Source: Vicugna vicugna (Eukaryota). Taken from it: a stretch of 64,000 nt of DNA. Below are positions 1 through 12,670 of the stretch, piece by piece. Where the stretch lies: assembly GCA_013265495.1 (NCBI GenBank), contig MU058065.1, positions 1,449,527 to 1,513,526 on the forward strand. Direction: 5' to 3'. Under the pieces are notes generated by a model. It was not told where the DNA came from, searched no databases, and worked only from the letters and a program-made list of their open reading frames with translations. Both the position numbers and the translations under genes were made by a program. Each line of letters starts with the position of its first letter. Positions within the stretch are counted from its first letter, which is position 1.

Positions 1-88
1 GGATCTGGTCATCTTTGGCCAGGAGAGGAAGGATGATGTATTAGGAATTGATCCACTCATTCACAGAGTGGCTGAGAATATTATTAAA
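1..88 (+). CDS. Penultimate coding exon (cut by window edge) of an unidentified gene; reads DLVIFGQERKDDVLGIDPLIHRVAENIIK
   Basis: Only the frame starting at nt 2 is open; the other two + frames hit stops. It ends at a strong donor AAA|GTGAGT (GT at 89-90), phase 0, and splices in frame to the exon at 543. Confidence 0.7.
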
Positions 89-542
89 GTGAGTCTGCAG
101 AAAGCACAACCTTAAAAAGATTCTATTCTGTTTTGCTAAGAGTGCTAGATATTCCGTGTGAAAAAGAGCCCATGACACCTCAAACCAGGGTGAACAAACG
201 TTTTCCAGAGACTGAGTGGGTTCCATGATGCTGGACTTTTATTTTGAAAACCAAGACAACCTTGGGCAAAACAGGACAAGGGTCAGCCTACCTAGATCTG
301 ACCACCTCTGTAAAATGATGAACCCTCCAAACCCCTAAAAGAGAGAGCCCTGATGTCCTGGTGCTGGGTCACCCAGCAGGGCACCAGCAAATGAAGGGAA
401 GCCAGAGAACATAAAGATGTGTGAGAAATTATTTTAGAGTTTAAAAAAAAAGCATTGAAGTAGTCACTACAGAAACATTTAGTACTTTGTTGGATTTCTT
501 TGTACTACTTACAATTTGAATTGATTTTACTTTGACTTACAG

Positions 543-590
543 ATGGCTGGTTGGGACCACCAAAATCTGGCCACATTCTTAGACTCTTAG
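543..590 (+). CDS. Terminal coding exon of the same gene; MAGWDHQNLATFLDS-stop
   Basis: Pyrimidine-rich acceptor ttttactttgacttacAG (AG 541-542) after a 454-nt GT-AG intron. In-frame continuation ends at TAG 588-590, followed by AT-rich sequence with AATAAA motifs. Confidence 0.65.
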   Translation: MAGWDHQNLATFLDS

Positions 591-759
591 TCAAGACGTA
601 AAGCTTGGAGGGACAGCAAGCACATTTCCCATAGTATATGCTGTTATAATTTTCCCTTGGAATAACAAGAGATGGTTTCACTAGAATGAAACGTATCAAT
701 ACATGTAATGAAAATATCAGCATTTCTTTCTCAAGATCCTCTTCTTTCTTCAGTTTGTT

Positions 760-1173
760 AATAAACAATAGTGTACAAGAAGAGTGCTTTGACATAATAA
801 TAAACAATAGATTTGTAATCCACATTTTCACCCGAGCTGTAGCCACAAACATCAATTTCAAATCAAAGGTGAAGTGGAAATGCCATTTTTGACTGCTAAT
901 AAATTATGATAAAAAGTTTAAAAATAAGACAAATTAAAAATAAGAAAGTCATTTCCAACTCTACTCTCTTGGAAAACACACATGAGCTTCTACTAATTGT
1001 GACTTAGATGATTAGAATCTTTCATGGTCAGAATGCTTAAATAGATCCTTCAATAGATTTTAAAAATGGCATTTAAAATGTTAATACATCTTTAAAATAT
1101 TTTCCTTCCACTGATTGGAAAAGTTGGCAGACACTCTCATTTATCAAAGTCAGTGTTTAAAAATATGAATAAA
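760..1173 (+). terminator. Cluster of candidate polyadenylation signals for the upstream gene
   Basis: AATAAA at 760-765, 799-804, 898-903 and 1168-1173, downstream of the stop codon. Which is used cannot be determined. Confidence 0.45.
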
Positions 1174-1489
1174 TGTTAATTTGAATCTACTTGTTTGGAA
1201 TCATTATTGGCTCAATTACTTTAAAAATCTAGTTTTTCCACAGATTCTTAACTCATAGTGGTGTGACCTTTAAAGACCCATCATTCTTGATCCTTGTCTG
1301 CTTAACAACATTTTTCTCTTACTTGAAATTTGCAAATACTGTTAAAGATTAATTAGGAGGCGAAGCCATATGTGGTTCAAGAAAATGTATCTGGTAATAA
1401 AATAGTGAAAATCCATTATGATAGCTGCAAGAAGCCAAGAATGTCTAAAAGTCAGACAATAAACAACCAAGTAAGATGGAAAGAACACA

Positions 1490-1610
1490 GAACTGAGAAT
1501 CAGAAAATCTGAGTCTGAGTCTTGAGTCTGTCAAAATTAACTGTGTGCTTTTGGGAAAAACTCTTAGCCCTCTGGGTTGCATTTTTTATTTCTATATAAT
1601 GATGAAGTAA
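1490..1610 (+). mobile_element. MIR SINE fragment
   Basis: Degenerate MIR core (gagaatcagaaaatctgagt...taactgtgtgcttttgggaaaaactcttagccctctggg...tctatataatg). Confidence 0.55.
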
Positions 1611-2419
1611 ATTATGGGATGTGTAAGTAAATTAGTATATTCATTATATTTTGAATCTATTTTTTAAAATCTAGATTTTAAAAAAGGAAAACTATATACA
1701 ATATTGTTTTAAAGAAAGGGAAGACTGTTTATAATGTAATACATATACACATACATAATTTCTCAAGCTATTTTTCTAATTTTAATTGGGTGAAGAGATT
1801 ACTAGAAGGATTACTACTGGATGTTGATCATATTTGTTTCTGAGTAATGGATATTTTTACTTTATTTTCTTCTTTTTAATTATTTTTTCTTTTTCCTGTT
1901 TTTGGATGTTTCTGTATCACTTGACGATTTTACACTGATCATGTCATTTTTTTTTCCACTAAAGCAACAAAATTCTGTCTTATATTTTAAAAATAAGTTC
2001 AACAGCTGTAAAAAATAATAATACTTAAAAAACTCTTATCAAAACAACACCTGTAAAGAGTTCAAAAGCCAAATAATGATAAAAGGCTTAGAATAAAAAA
2101 GTGCAGTTTCTTGCTTCTCCTCTTTATTTGCCATCCCTCCCAATAGTTTGCCTCCACCTTATTTCTCAGAGGCAAATACCTTCAAGCATTTTAATGTTAT
2201 TCTAGTTTTTACCTTCATTTCTCTCTGTTGGTTCATCTATTTTTTTAATATTATCCATAGCCATCTACTTAGCAGAGGGGCCTTTTAGCTGACTCATTTC
2301 CCTCCTCACCTCTCATCCTCCCAAAATAGGTACCAATTAGTCCAATGACTAATATTAATTATGAACCAAGCACAAAATAGTCTGTGGGCTATAATAAAAA
2401 TTTAAGCAACAAAGATCCC

Positions 2420-2570
2420 AAATAACTTGGATTCAAATCCTGGCTGTGATCATGCTATAGGATGGATTATTTCATCTCACTGAGTCTCATTTTCCTGAAC
2501 AATAAGATGGATATGGTAACACCTGTTTAATGAGGGTTAAGTGACCAGAGTGTGGAAAACGCTGAGCCAG
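2420..2570 (+). mobile_element. MIR SINE
   Basis: ttggattcaaatcctggct...tctcactgagtctcattttcct...gagggttaagtga matches the MIR core. Confidence 0.7.
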
Positions 2571-4875
2571 CCCATAAGATTGGTGACTAAGGGCATGGGC
2601 CACATCCTGCTAGTTCACTACTTCTCAACTATTTCTGACATGGTATTAGTTAAATGAATGAAGGATGGAAAAATTAAATTGTAGAGTAGGTAATAGACAG
2701 CTATTTTAGATAACTCAGTCTCGCTTTATATGCTGCCCACCGACCTCCAGATGCACAGAAAACCCAGCTTAAAGTAATCTTAAGAATCTACACTTTTCAC
2801 TGATAAGAGATAGTTACAGTAGAGGAATTAAGTAAAGAAATCTATGCCATTGAAAAGGAATTCTTCATAGGAAGTTGAGGTTTTCAAAGGGACTAAAAAC
2901 TCAGTGTTTTTTTTTTTCCTCCCAGATCTGAAAGGAGAATGACTGTTAATACTTCTTCCCCAAAGCTGATGTGCATTTGAAAGTTGTTAATAATCATCAA
3001 AGATTTTTTTTCAAAGAAGGAGATTATCAGGGAAGAATTCCAGTATGTAACTATCTGCTCCTAATTAGAAGACCTTTATGAATAAGAAAACACTTAAAAT
3101 GAAATTTCAATTTTATTTCAAAGAGGAGTACCATCTCTTGGTGGCAGATTAAAAAGTATGCATGTGTTCCCTCTTACCTTGGGACACCACTAAAATGACA
3201 GTAACATTCCACTTCTAAAATGGAAGAGTTAAGAAACTAGTCACCCAATGGCTCTTCTCCCAGCAGAGAGAGAGAAATTGAAGAGAGATTGAAAATCAGA
3301 AAGGTAAGCTGTGCAAGCTCCATCTACAAAGATATTTGAAACATCTCTAACTTCACCACCATATACAGGAAATCATGGACAAATTCAGTACAGAAAAAAC
3401 TTAGATTGTAGGAAGATGTCAGAATAAGACAGCTGTGCCTCAGATTTCAGACAAATTTTGACAACAAAATTCCCTGAAGTATTACCAACAATCCTTGAGT
3501 GGCAAATGCCATAGGTTGTTGGCTCACTAAGCGACTATGCCAACCCGTTTGCCATCCTCTAGTGGAGAGGACAGAAAGGAAAGTAGTCAGCCCCTCACGT
3601 CTCAGAATAAACATAAAGCAATAAAAAGGAGATAGGAGTATCAATCAACAGAGCCACCAATGAAGTCTGCAAGTCTGAGAGTCTACTGAAGGGGCTGATG
3701 GTGGAAAAAGCACCGAGACTATGTGCCTGGGGTAGAGGTGGCCGCTCTGTGTGCTGGACCAGGAGATGACACTTCACAGAAGTCAGAGGGACCAGAGAAG
3801 GGGCCCAAACACCTGGCTGGATATACACTGAGGTTTGCCTACAAACAGCTCTGTCTGCTGAGCCACCTTCCCTTCTCCCACAGGCAAGAAAAGAAGGCTG
3901 TCGCCATGGGTTTGAGCCCCCAGACTGAAGCCTTCGACTTAGCATCCAACTTCCCTCTTGCCCACATAGAGCAAATTCTGGTTGTCAGGAAGCCCCACCC
4001 ATAGTTACAGAGTTTGAAAGCAGCCTACAGAACACAGTTCCAGGTCCACAGAAGCAAAGGTGGCCCAGACTGGCCGCTTAGACACTCGACCAGGTCTTCA
4101 TTCTCAAATACAGGACAAACGATGATCCACAGCAGACACATGAATTAAACAGGAAAGCAAAAACCCAAGGTAAATAAGTAAGTGACTGAGCCGAAGGGAA
4201 ACAGAGCAAGGAATACAATTAATTAGAAAATTGTAAAAACAAACTCTCTGCTACTGAAATGTGAAATTAAACATATATGTGTATGTATATATGAATTTAT
4301 CATATTTAATTTATAGATTTAATACGTTTCCTTGTATTTAATAGTAAATGGATAAATAGTTTAAGAACATGACTCTATAATTAGACTGCCTGTGTTTTGA
4401 ATCTTAGCTCCACTGCTTACTTGGTATATTTAAAACAATATAATGGCTTAAAATACTAACCTCATACAGTCGTCGAGGGATGAGTGAGTTCATTTATGAA
4501 TGAGTCTATGCCCCTCTATCTTAAGCTCCACATAAATTTGGCCTGTTACTGTAAAATTCATGGCACTTTCCAGGACAGAAAAAAAAGGGCAAAGAACGTG
4601 TTGAGTAAAATGAGAGAACAGGCAAACTCATGATGGATTTTAATTGAAAGTTCCAACCTCCGACTAATAAGATGGCTCTGCTAGTCATGAAATACCTTTA
4701 GCATTACCTCCTCGGCCGAGTACGGCTGACAGAATTTATGAGACAGAGGAGGGAGCGAAGCTGGAAGGAAGGTCAGGAGTGCCAACATCTTGAGCTTCCC
4801 TGATGAGGTGCTAAAGTTCAGGAGAACAAGATATCTAGGTTAAATGTTTTATTTTACAATTAAAAGATAATCTCT

Positions 4876-5135
4876 AAGGGGGAAAGGGGTGATGGGGAGG
4901 AATAAATTAGGAGTTTGGGATTAACATATACACAGTACTCTATATAAAGTAGATAAAACACAAGGACATACTACATAACACAGGAAACTATATTCAATAT
5001 CTTCTAATAACCTATAATGGACAAGAATCTGAAAAAGAATATATATACATATATATGTGTATGTGTACCTGAATCACATTGCTGTACACCTGAAATTAAC
5101 ACAACATTGTAAATCAACTCCACTTCATAAAAAAA
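4876..5135 (+). mobile_element. L1 3' end (artiodactyl-type), 5'-truncated
   Basis: Typical 3' UTR: ataaattaggagtttgggattaaca...ctatattcaatatctt...ctgtacacctgaaattaacacaacattgtaaatcaact plus A-rich tail. Confidence 0.9.
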
Positions 5136-8100
5136 TTAACAGTTAACCAATGGAAAGTTTGCAAATAATAGAATTATCAGAAATTGAGAGGAAGAAGGAA
5201 AGATAGAGTGATGGGTGATGAAGTCTCGTCTTTCACTTAGAGGAGCTGAAAGACCAAGAAATTATAGCATAAACATATTAGTGTAAAGTAAGAAAGCTCC
5301 CAGAAGAAATGAAGTTAAGAATAGTTAAAATGAGGTGCCTCTGGTTAGTGGGGTGAAGCAGGGAAAGGTGAGGTGGGAAACTGTTTTTTTGTCATTAGCT
5401 CTGTATCATTTGGCTCTTTGTTCGAGTGTCTATTATTTGATACAAAGTGTCATAAAAAATAAATGGACTTAACTATAAACTTTTGATGGCAGAGTGTGGG
5501 TCTTCTGTCTTTCCTTTGTCATCATAATTATTTTCTTTCTAACCTTGAGAATGCATCTTTAAATGACTGCTTTCTGCTTTCTCTCCCAATGCTCCATTAA
5601 AATAATAAGCAATTCTGTGGGTGAAGAATAAATCATTCAGGGGTTGAGACACTGGAATGAAATGATTAAATCACCAGAGAAAATTTGAGTTTCTAATTTC
5701 GTTGCTATCTGCAAGAATATCCAAACTTTAAAATCATACAAATTTTTCAAATGTCTGATAGATTTGCTGAATTAATTGCAAAGTATTGCTCTTGATCAGA
5801 GAAATGATTCTACATTATTTTTATCTTGTTTTTTTTTCAGTTTTTCCATCTGCATCTTAATTGTAAATGGGCGAATTAATATTTAAGCAGATACAAATAA
5901 GAATAATCATAACCTACAAAATAACATGTTTAGGTTAAAAAAAAGATACCCCTTCCATTTATCAGTCAACTTCTGGAAAACACTGATCTCTCTACTCTGC
6001 CCCCATTTCTTTTCCAGGTCCCCCTCCGTAATGGTCCTCAATCCTCAAGGTCCCCAGTGAGCTATTCTTCACTTGATTCCTTGCACACACGTGTCTCTCA
6101 GCCAGCCTGGGACACGGCTGGCCAGCCCCGACTTCTCCATCATTCTCCTCTTATGGCTTCCAGCCTGATACAGCTCCTTGGACAAAATGACTCACTGGGT
6201 GCATCCACAGTGATTCACCCCTTTCCTCCACTTCCAGATCACTGCTGGATTACACCGCAACAGTTCCAGATCCTTCCAGCTTGTAAGTTTCTCAAAGTCA
6301 CTGATCAAATATCCAACTCTGCTTCCTTCCCACACAGTGACCGGTACAGGACTGGGTAAATAATAGGTCCATATTAGCTTTTGTTTGAAACTTGACTGAT
6401 CGACTCCCGGGGTTCCTAACATCTGTTTTCTACTTCAGTATCACAGTCTTGGCCAATCCACCAAGCAAATGCAATAGCCTCTGTTTTTGTGTAATCGTTT
6501 TCTTCTTCGACTTATTTAATTTTACTTTGCCTTGTGTTACTTTTCTCAGTAACCCAAGTATTTTCAAAAACTTGATATTTTATGGTACATGTAATGTACA
6601 TTAATTTTCTTTTTCAAAACAGCAAATGAGCCAATATGCAAATGCAAATCCAAAATACAAATTATTTTATAGTATTTCAAACTTTTTAAATGTATCATGT
6701 ATATTCTCATCAGCTTTTCAAGGGTATCTGAGTTGATGTGCAACAGAAGACTTGTTTCTAATAAGCTTATTTCAAGTGAAGTAGATTTTGGAAAGCATTG
6801 TATTTCAGACCAAATAGCTAATTTGTATTCTTCGGGCAAAGGAAAGCTTTGGCTTTTCTTTTTAGCTTGGAAATAACATGATTAAATGATCATTTTTGGA
6901 AAACTCGTCTTCTGGTGTTAAAATATCTGTCTGCATATCTCTAACTAGTGTACCGAGGAGTTTCCACTTGGGATTTCAACATGAAAAGATTTCATTTTGT
7001 TCCAGTAATCTTCTCTAACTGTGCGGCATTCATCTTACCTTTCCCCTTGTGTATTTTAATGACACCTTGGCAAGATTCGGTAATTTTCCACTCGATTTCG
7101 CTTACTTAAAAAGTCCCATTTTCAGCAACAAAGAGTCAAGACTGTAGCGGCTTGTGGGTGGGGCTGGTGGGGAGATACTGCTGGGAGAAGGGGGGCTGCA
7201 AGTCAGAAGGAAGGGACAGCTTTTGAACCACCTCTCACTCCGCTTTCTTCTGGGATGAGCTAGTCCGTTGTGTTGGGACGATAAGGAGGAAGAGGTAAAA
7301 AGGGAAGCCTCTATCACCTGGCTGAGCAGACAGCCGTTTTTCCTTGGTCAATTGACACTCTACTGGCCAAGGTCTTTTATGTAGATAGTTCCCAAGTGTC
7401 GCCACTCTCCCCTGGATGGCCCCTGCAGGGACCTCTACCTTAAAAGAGGTAGCTCTAGTTCTGGATAGCCCTCTTTCATTGACTCCTCTCACTGCCACTG
7501 CTTCCGAATGGTGCACTTCCCTGACCCAGCGAGTGACCTACATAAAGGCTACAACTCAACTGTCTGTACAGTGCCCACTTGACTTGCAGTTAACTCTTGT
7601 ATCCTGGCATGTCTCTCCCCAGTGTCTACTCTGCAACCTTCTGAGCTCTTCTCCTCTGCTCTGAGGACACAAAGGAAAATCAAGTCCCTTTGTTAAGCAA
7701 CCAGGAGCACCCCTCTTAGACCCAAGTAATGGGCATCTTTTTAGTGAGCTGGAAGGAAGAGAACAGGTTACTGACATAATTGGATGTATGTTTTCAGATT
7801 TTCACTTTAGCTCAAGTATAGAGAAAAATTAATTAAGAGACAAGAGGGAAGGTGAGAGCTAAAGTCCAGGTGGCCTGAGGTCGTGAGGCTTTGCAGAAAG
7901 AGTTCAAGGTGCCAAGAAGTAGCCGTCCTGGTGGGGATATGATGAAAACAGTCATCCTATGGGATGTGACAAGCAAATAATTAAGTAGGTAGGACAGTAA
8001 TAAATCACAGTGAGAAGAGCAAGCTTACAACAGAATATGAAAAAAAAAACAAAAAAACAGGCTGCAGATATGAATCTAAACAAGAGAGCTGAATGATTTT

Positions 8101-8959
8101 AAGCTCAGGACATAAGGGATTTCTCCAGAAACAGGACTGAGGAGTGCATCGGAGCTGGTGGAAAACCCAAAGTATGAGATCAACAGGAGGAATGCCTTTA
8201 GGAAATCAGAACGCGTCTATAATATGAAGGCTGTAATGCTGGACAATACAGCCTACCTCAGAGTGGAGTTTCTTCAATGATTCTAGTGAGGAAAGGGGCC
8301 ACATCTAACCCAGGAAGCGCAGAGTGACAACCTGCCCCGCCTGAGAGGTCCTGACCGCCGGCACGACATCACCCGAAGTTTCCAGCATCATTTACAGAAA
8401 CAAGGTGAAAATGGAACTCCGCAGAGGGACACCGTTAACGCCCATAATTACACACTTTAGATGCTTCAAATCATCAGTGCATCGCAGCAAGGAAATTAGG
8501 AGGCTGAATTAAGGATTTCTCCTGAGGAGAACGCAGATAATGAAGTCTGCGTTGACTATAAACCAGAGCCCATTAGCTCTCCAGCACCGCCGCACAGATT
8601 ATAAATTCTACTGATGCAGTTGGAACCAGCAAAATGAAAAACACTATAAACTTATTTATTAACACTAAAACTAGTTAGTCATAGGACAAATGAGCTATCT
8701 TAACATGGCATATCAAATAATAAATCTTTTCTTTACATTTGTGTTCTGTTGAGGCAAGAAACAAATCACTAATAATCGAATCTCCAGTGACCTCACCAAA
8801 GCTTCACAGTGATTCCCTTTCCCCTAGTACAATCCCATCACAAAAGGGAAGTTGGGAGTCTCTAAATTTTTATAAGTGATAATTGTTACTGCACTGCCAA
8901 ACTTAGGAGATGCCTCCCACTTTGATGGAACTTTGATGGAAATATCTCCTCCAACTCTT

Positions 8960-9371
8960 AGTTTGCAAGGTTTTCATGGGTCCCCACTCCTAGATGGACA
9001 TGGTCTTAGATTAGACCAGTCAGTACATTCCTTCCCAAGAGCTGGCTCAGGGACTGTGATGTGAGCCATTATAGCCAGAGAAGGAGTGAATATATAGTTC
9101 CACGAGAACTATCCAAAACGACTGTTCAGTTGGACTTCCAATTGAAGAAGTGAAGTTAAGGCAAACTCCTTGGAACCCCCAAGTTCAAAGCCCTATTGCT
9201 AATGGAGCCAATTTGGAAAAAGTAGGGCTGAGAGATAGAGAGAAACATATTCTGGAGCCAAACATACTCTGGACTTTTCATTGACATGAGTCTGTGCATT
9301 TTCCTTTATGCATGATTCAGTTTGGATTGGTTTTTCTGTCACTAAGATGAGAAAATATCTTAATTGATACA
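8960..9371 (+). mobile_element. Old MaLR LTR (MLT1K/L-like)
   Basis: 3' part ctggacttttca...cagtttggattggtttttctgtcact...cttaattgataca resembles MLT1 LTR ends. Confidence 0.55.
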
Positions 9372-9919
9372 GTATTCAATGCAACTGAAGATACCCAGCA
9401 GACCTTCCCCTACTCATCTCATTTACATGGAACCTACTGTATGCTGACATGGTCCTTGATCATCGGGTCCCAAAGCCCATTTGGGGAAAGGCACATGAAT
9501 TATGGAATAAACAGCACAAGCCAACACAACGCCAAATGTAACGTGCCAGCAGTGTGGTGAGCGCCAAAGGCACAGGAAGATACATCATGGTACCTAGGAC
9601 ACGCCAGCACCCAGCACCCTCCACCACCAGAGCTGTTAAGGTCAGCAAGCCTGATTATGTTTATCTTTACAATCATGGGATTTTGTGTTTGTTCAGCTTG
9701 GGGTATAAATAGATCAACTATTAACTTTCATACTGTACATGCATTAAAAATCCAACCATGTCATAAATTATAATCCAAATCTTCACAACCCACCTAATAC
9801 TTCTAAAAATAACCTAGAGCAAAAGAAAGCAAAGAAAAAAAATGACATACAGTGAGGACCAGGGTTTCACTTTCCTAAATCCCACTGAAATTTTAACTAT
9901 TGCAAATGGAAACAAATTT

Positions 9920-10495
9920 CTTTTAACTTTTTGTTCTGAAATAATCTGAAATTATCACAGATTCAGAGGAGGTTGCATAAAATCCGTACAGGGAGATCCC
10001 GTGTTTCCCAGCCTCCCACAGTGACAATGTCCTGTACAACCAGAGCACCATGTCAAGCCCAGGAAACTGATGCCAGCACAATCCACAGAGCCCACTCAGA
10101 TGTCATTGTCATTGCATGCACCTGCGCATGTGTGTGATGGAGGGGTGTGCATGGCGGAGGGGTGTGTGTGTGTAGCTCTGTGCAATTTCATCACCTGTTC
10201 AGATACAAGACACAGAACAACTCCATCCCTACAAGTTTCCCTCACACTGCTCCTCTACAGCCACAGCCACATCTACTCCCATCTTCAGTCTCTGGCAACC
10301 ACAGAGCAGTGTCCATGGTATGGATGCCCCTCCGTCTACTCAGTCCTCCACCCAATAAAGGACATGTGGGTTACTTTCAGTTCAGGGCCATTATGAGTAA
10401 GACTTTTACGAACCCTCACACATATTTTGTACCCATTTTTGTGAGAACACAAATCTTCATTTCTCTGAGATCACTGCCCAAGAGTGTAACTGGGG
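9920..10495 (-). mobile_element. Old L1 (L1MC/MD-like) 3' region
   Basis: ttttaactttttgttctgaaataat...gattcagaggaggttgcataaaa...ccaggaaactgatg, then ggacatgtgggttactttcagttcagggccattatgagtaa (antisense L1 3' end). Confidence 0.7.
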
Positions 10496-11926
10496 AATGA
10501 CTTTTAAAAGATTGAATCTTCAGTCGCTTTGCAGACCTCAAAGACCTCACTGGGTCCTGCCTCTGATGCCATTGGACTCAAAAGGCAAAGCCATGGCTGG
10601 TCTATTCACATTCTACCAGTTGCAACATCAAAACCTTGACTGAGCTGCGTGGGGAAGCCTGTTTTTCTGATTTTGTACTTGGTGTGTTGAACAATTTCTG
10701 AACCTGCTGCCCAGAAAGACAGCTGAGAGTGGAGTGATCAGATCTCCTTCCCACCCAGAAGAGCTTCGGCTCCACTTCATTGGCTGGAAACAGCCACCAA
10801 GCTGTGATTCCTGCCTCCCAAGCTAGAATATAGTTCATAATGGTGCACACAGGTAAGGTATTTTTGAGGTCTCTTATCCAAACCACTATCTAATGTTTGA
10901 ATTCCCAACATAATAGAAGTCAGGAACCTAGTAACTTCAGGTCCTTTTTGTCTTGTGTTACAATATCTCCCAAAAATCACGTTTATGAGGAGAGGGGCAA
11001 GTTGCTGAGAGGTGATTCAGCTGTTGAACCAGCAAGACATTTCCTTTCTATGTTGTATTAATCCTGTTCATTGTTCCACTGAGACACAAAACATTTCACT
11101 CGCATCCTAGAGGAAGCACATTCAACAGGCCAAAGGAGGAAGAGGAATGCATTTCTTAAAGTGCACAGTTTCCACTGACTTTATGAACAAGGCAAAAAAG
11201 TGTCTCCCTTACCCCTTGTTTTCAATGCTAGTGTCTGAACATAGACACATACAGAGCCGGGCCCTGGGTGACGGCTGACGAGGTGAGCCTTGCCAGTTCA
11301 GATACAACTGCCCCATGTCTCAAATCATGCAGTGTACTAGACGGGAAAGGAGCAAACACAGGGGCAACCATTTCTTCCACAAGCGATGATTGGATGCTTC
11401 AATGTACAGACTCTGGGAGAAATGCTGTGATGCACGGTGGTGGGCGGGACAGAACAGCTGCCCTCCTGCAGGTTTAGCAGGGGTCAGGTATTCGGGGAGC
11501 CTGGAGATGGGGCACAAACTTGAGTGAGGCAGTTGAAGTCTCCCAGGAGGCAGTGAACTGTAAGGTGGCCTCTGGGACACAAGTGGGAAACAGCCAGGTG
11601 AAGGGAGGGGGAGGGGCGGGGAGGGGATGCACTTCGGGCAGAGGGTGTAGAAGGCATCACGTCTCAGTGATTGCGAGCAGTCTGGAGCCAGTGCTGCAGG
11701 AGCTGGAGAGGACTGAGATGAAGGCAGGAGGGAAGCAGGAAGCAGAGCATGGAGATGGGTGAGAAGCATCGGCATCTATAATCTGAGTTCAACTGTTACC
11801 CCAGGACGGGCGTTTGGGGTTGTTTGGTTTGTTTTTTTTAAAACCATTTCCTAAATACATCTTTAGTGTTTTATAAAAATGACATATATTTACTGAAACA
11901 AATTGAAACAAGATAAAATAGTGTTA

Positions 11927-11991
11927 CAACATTGTAAACTGACTATAATTCAATAAAATAAATTTTTTTTAAAATGCCTAGAAGGAAAAAA
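11927..11991 (+). mobile_element. Ultra-short L1 3' tail insertion with TSD
   Basis: caacattgtaaactgactataattcaataaaa is the L1 terminus. Flanked by agataaaatagtgtta (11911-11926) and agaaaaaatagtgtta (11992-12007), a 15/16 match. Confidence 0.85.
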
Positions 11992-12534
11992 AGAAAAAAT
12001 AGTGTTAGATTGTTGGATTAGATTAAAAACCAAAGACTTATAGGATGGGGAAAAAAATCCAACTGGTCAAATCCTTTTAAGCCAAAGTCCCTTGGGACTC
12101 TGGGCCAGTCCTGGTCTCTGCGTGCATTTCCATAACCCCGTGTACACTTCCCTTCCCTGCCCCCACATCGGCCTCCTCTCCAGCCCCTCCCATCTCCCGC
12201 AGCACAGGTCCCTCCACCCCTCCGAACCAATGGCTCCTGTCTGTGCACTCCCAAAGCACTCTACGCATTGCTCTGAATAAATATAAAGACACTAGTAATC
12301 ATCCTTATTATGATACTAATAATTATTAATATATTTAAATTCATTATTAATGATGACTGATATTATAATACAGTCATTATAATATTTAACTAATAAATTC
12401 ATAATATTAATAGCACACACATAATCAGACAGTATTCTACTGACGGTTGTCTTGGTGTGTCTGCCTTCACCGGGAGACTGAGCTCCTTAAAGAAATACCA
12501 CTTAGGTATCAGTTCTGGATCTTTTTTCAACCAT

Positions 12535-12670
12535 GTATTCACTCACTCATTTAATAAGTGTTTATTGGGAGCCTGCTATGGGCCCAGCAATGGCCTTACT
12601 TGAGGATATGTATCAGTGACCATGTAGTCAATGTTCCTGGTCCACCTGGAGTCCACATTATAAGGAGTAC
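12535..12670 (-). mobile_element. L2 3' end
   Basis: attcactcactcatttaataagtgtttattgggagcctgctatgggccc is the characteristic antisense L2 tail. Confidence 0.7.

Noticed and set aside
12295..12412. Extremely AT-rich, self-complementary-looking stretch
   Set aside because: Low-complexity TAA/TTA-type sequence; no defined element.
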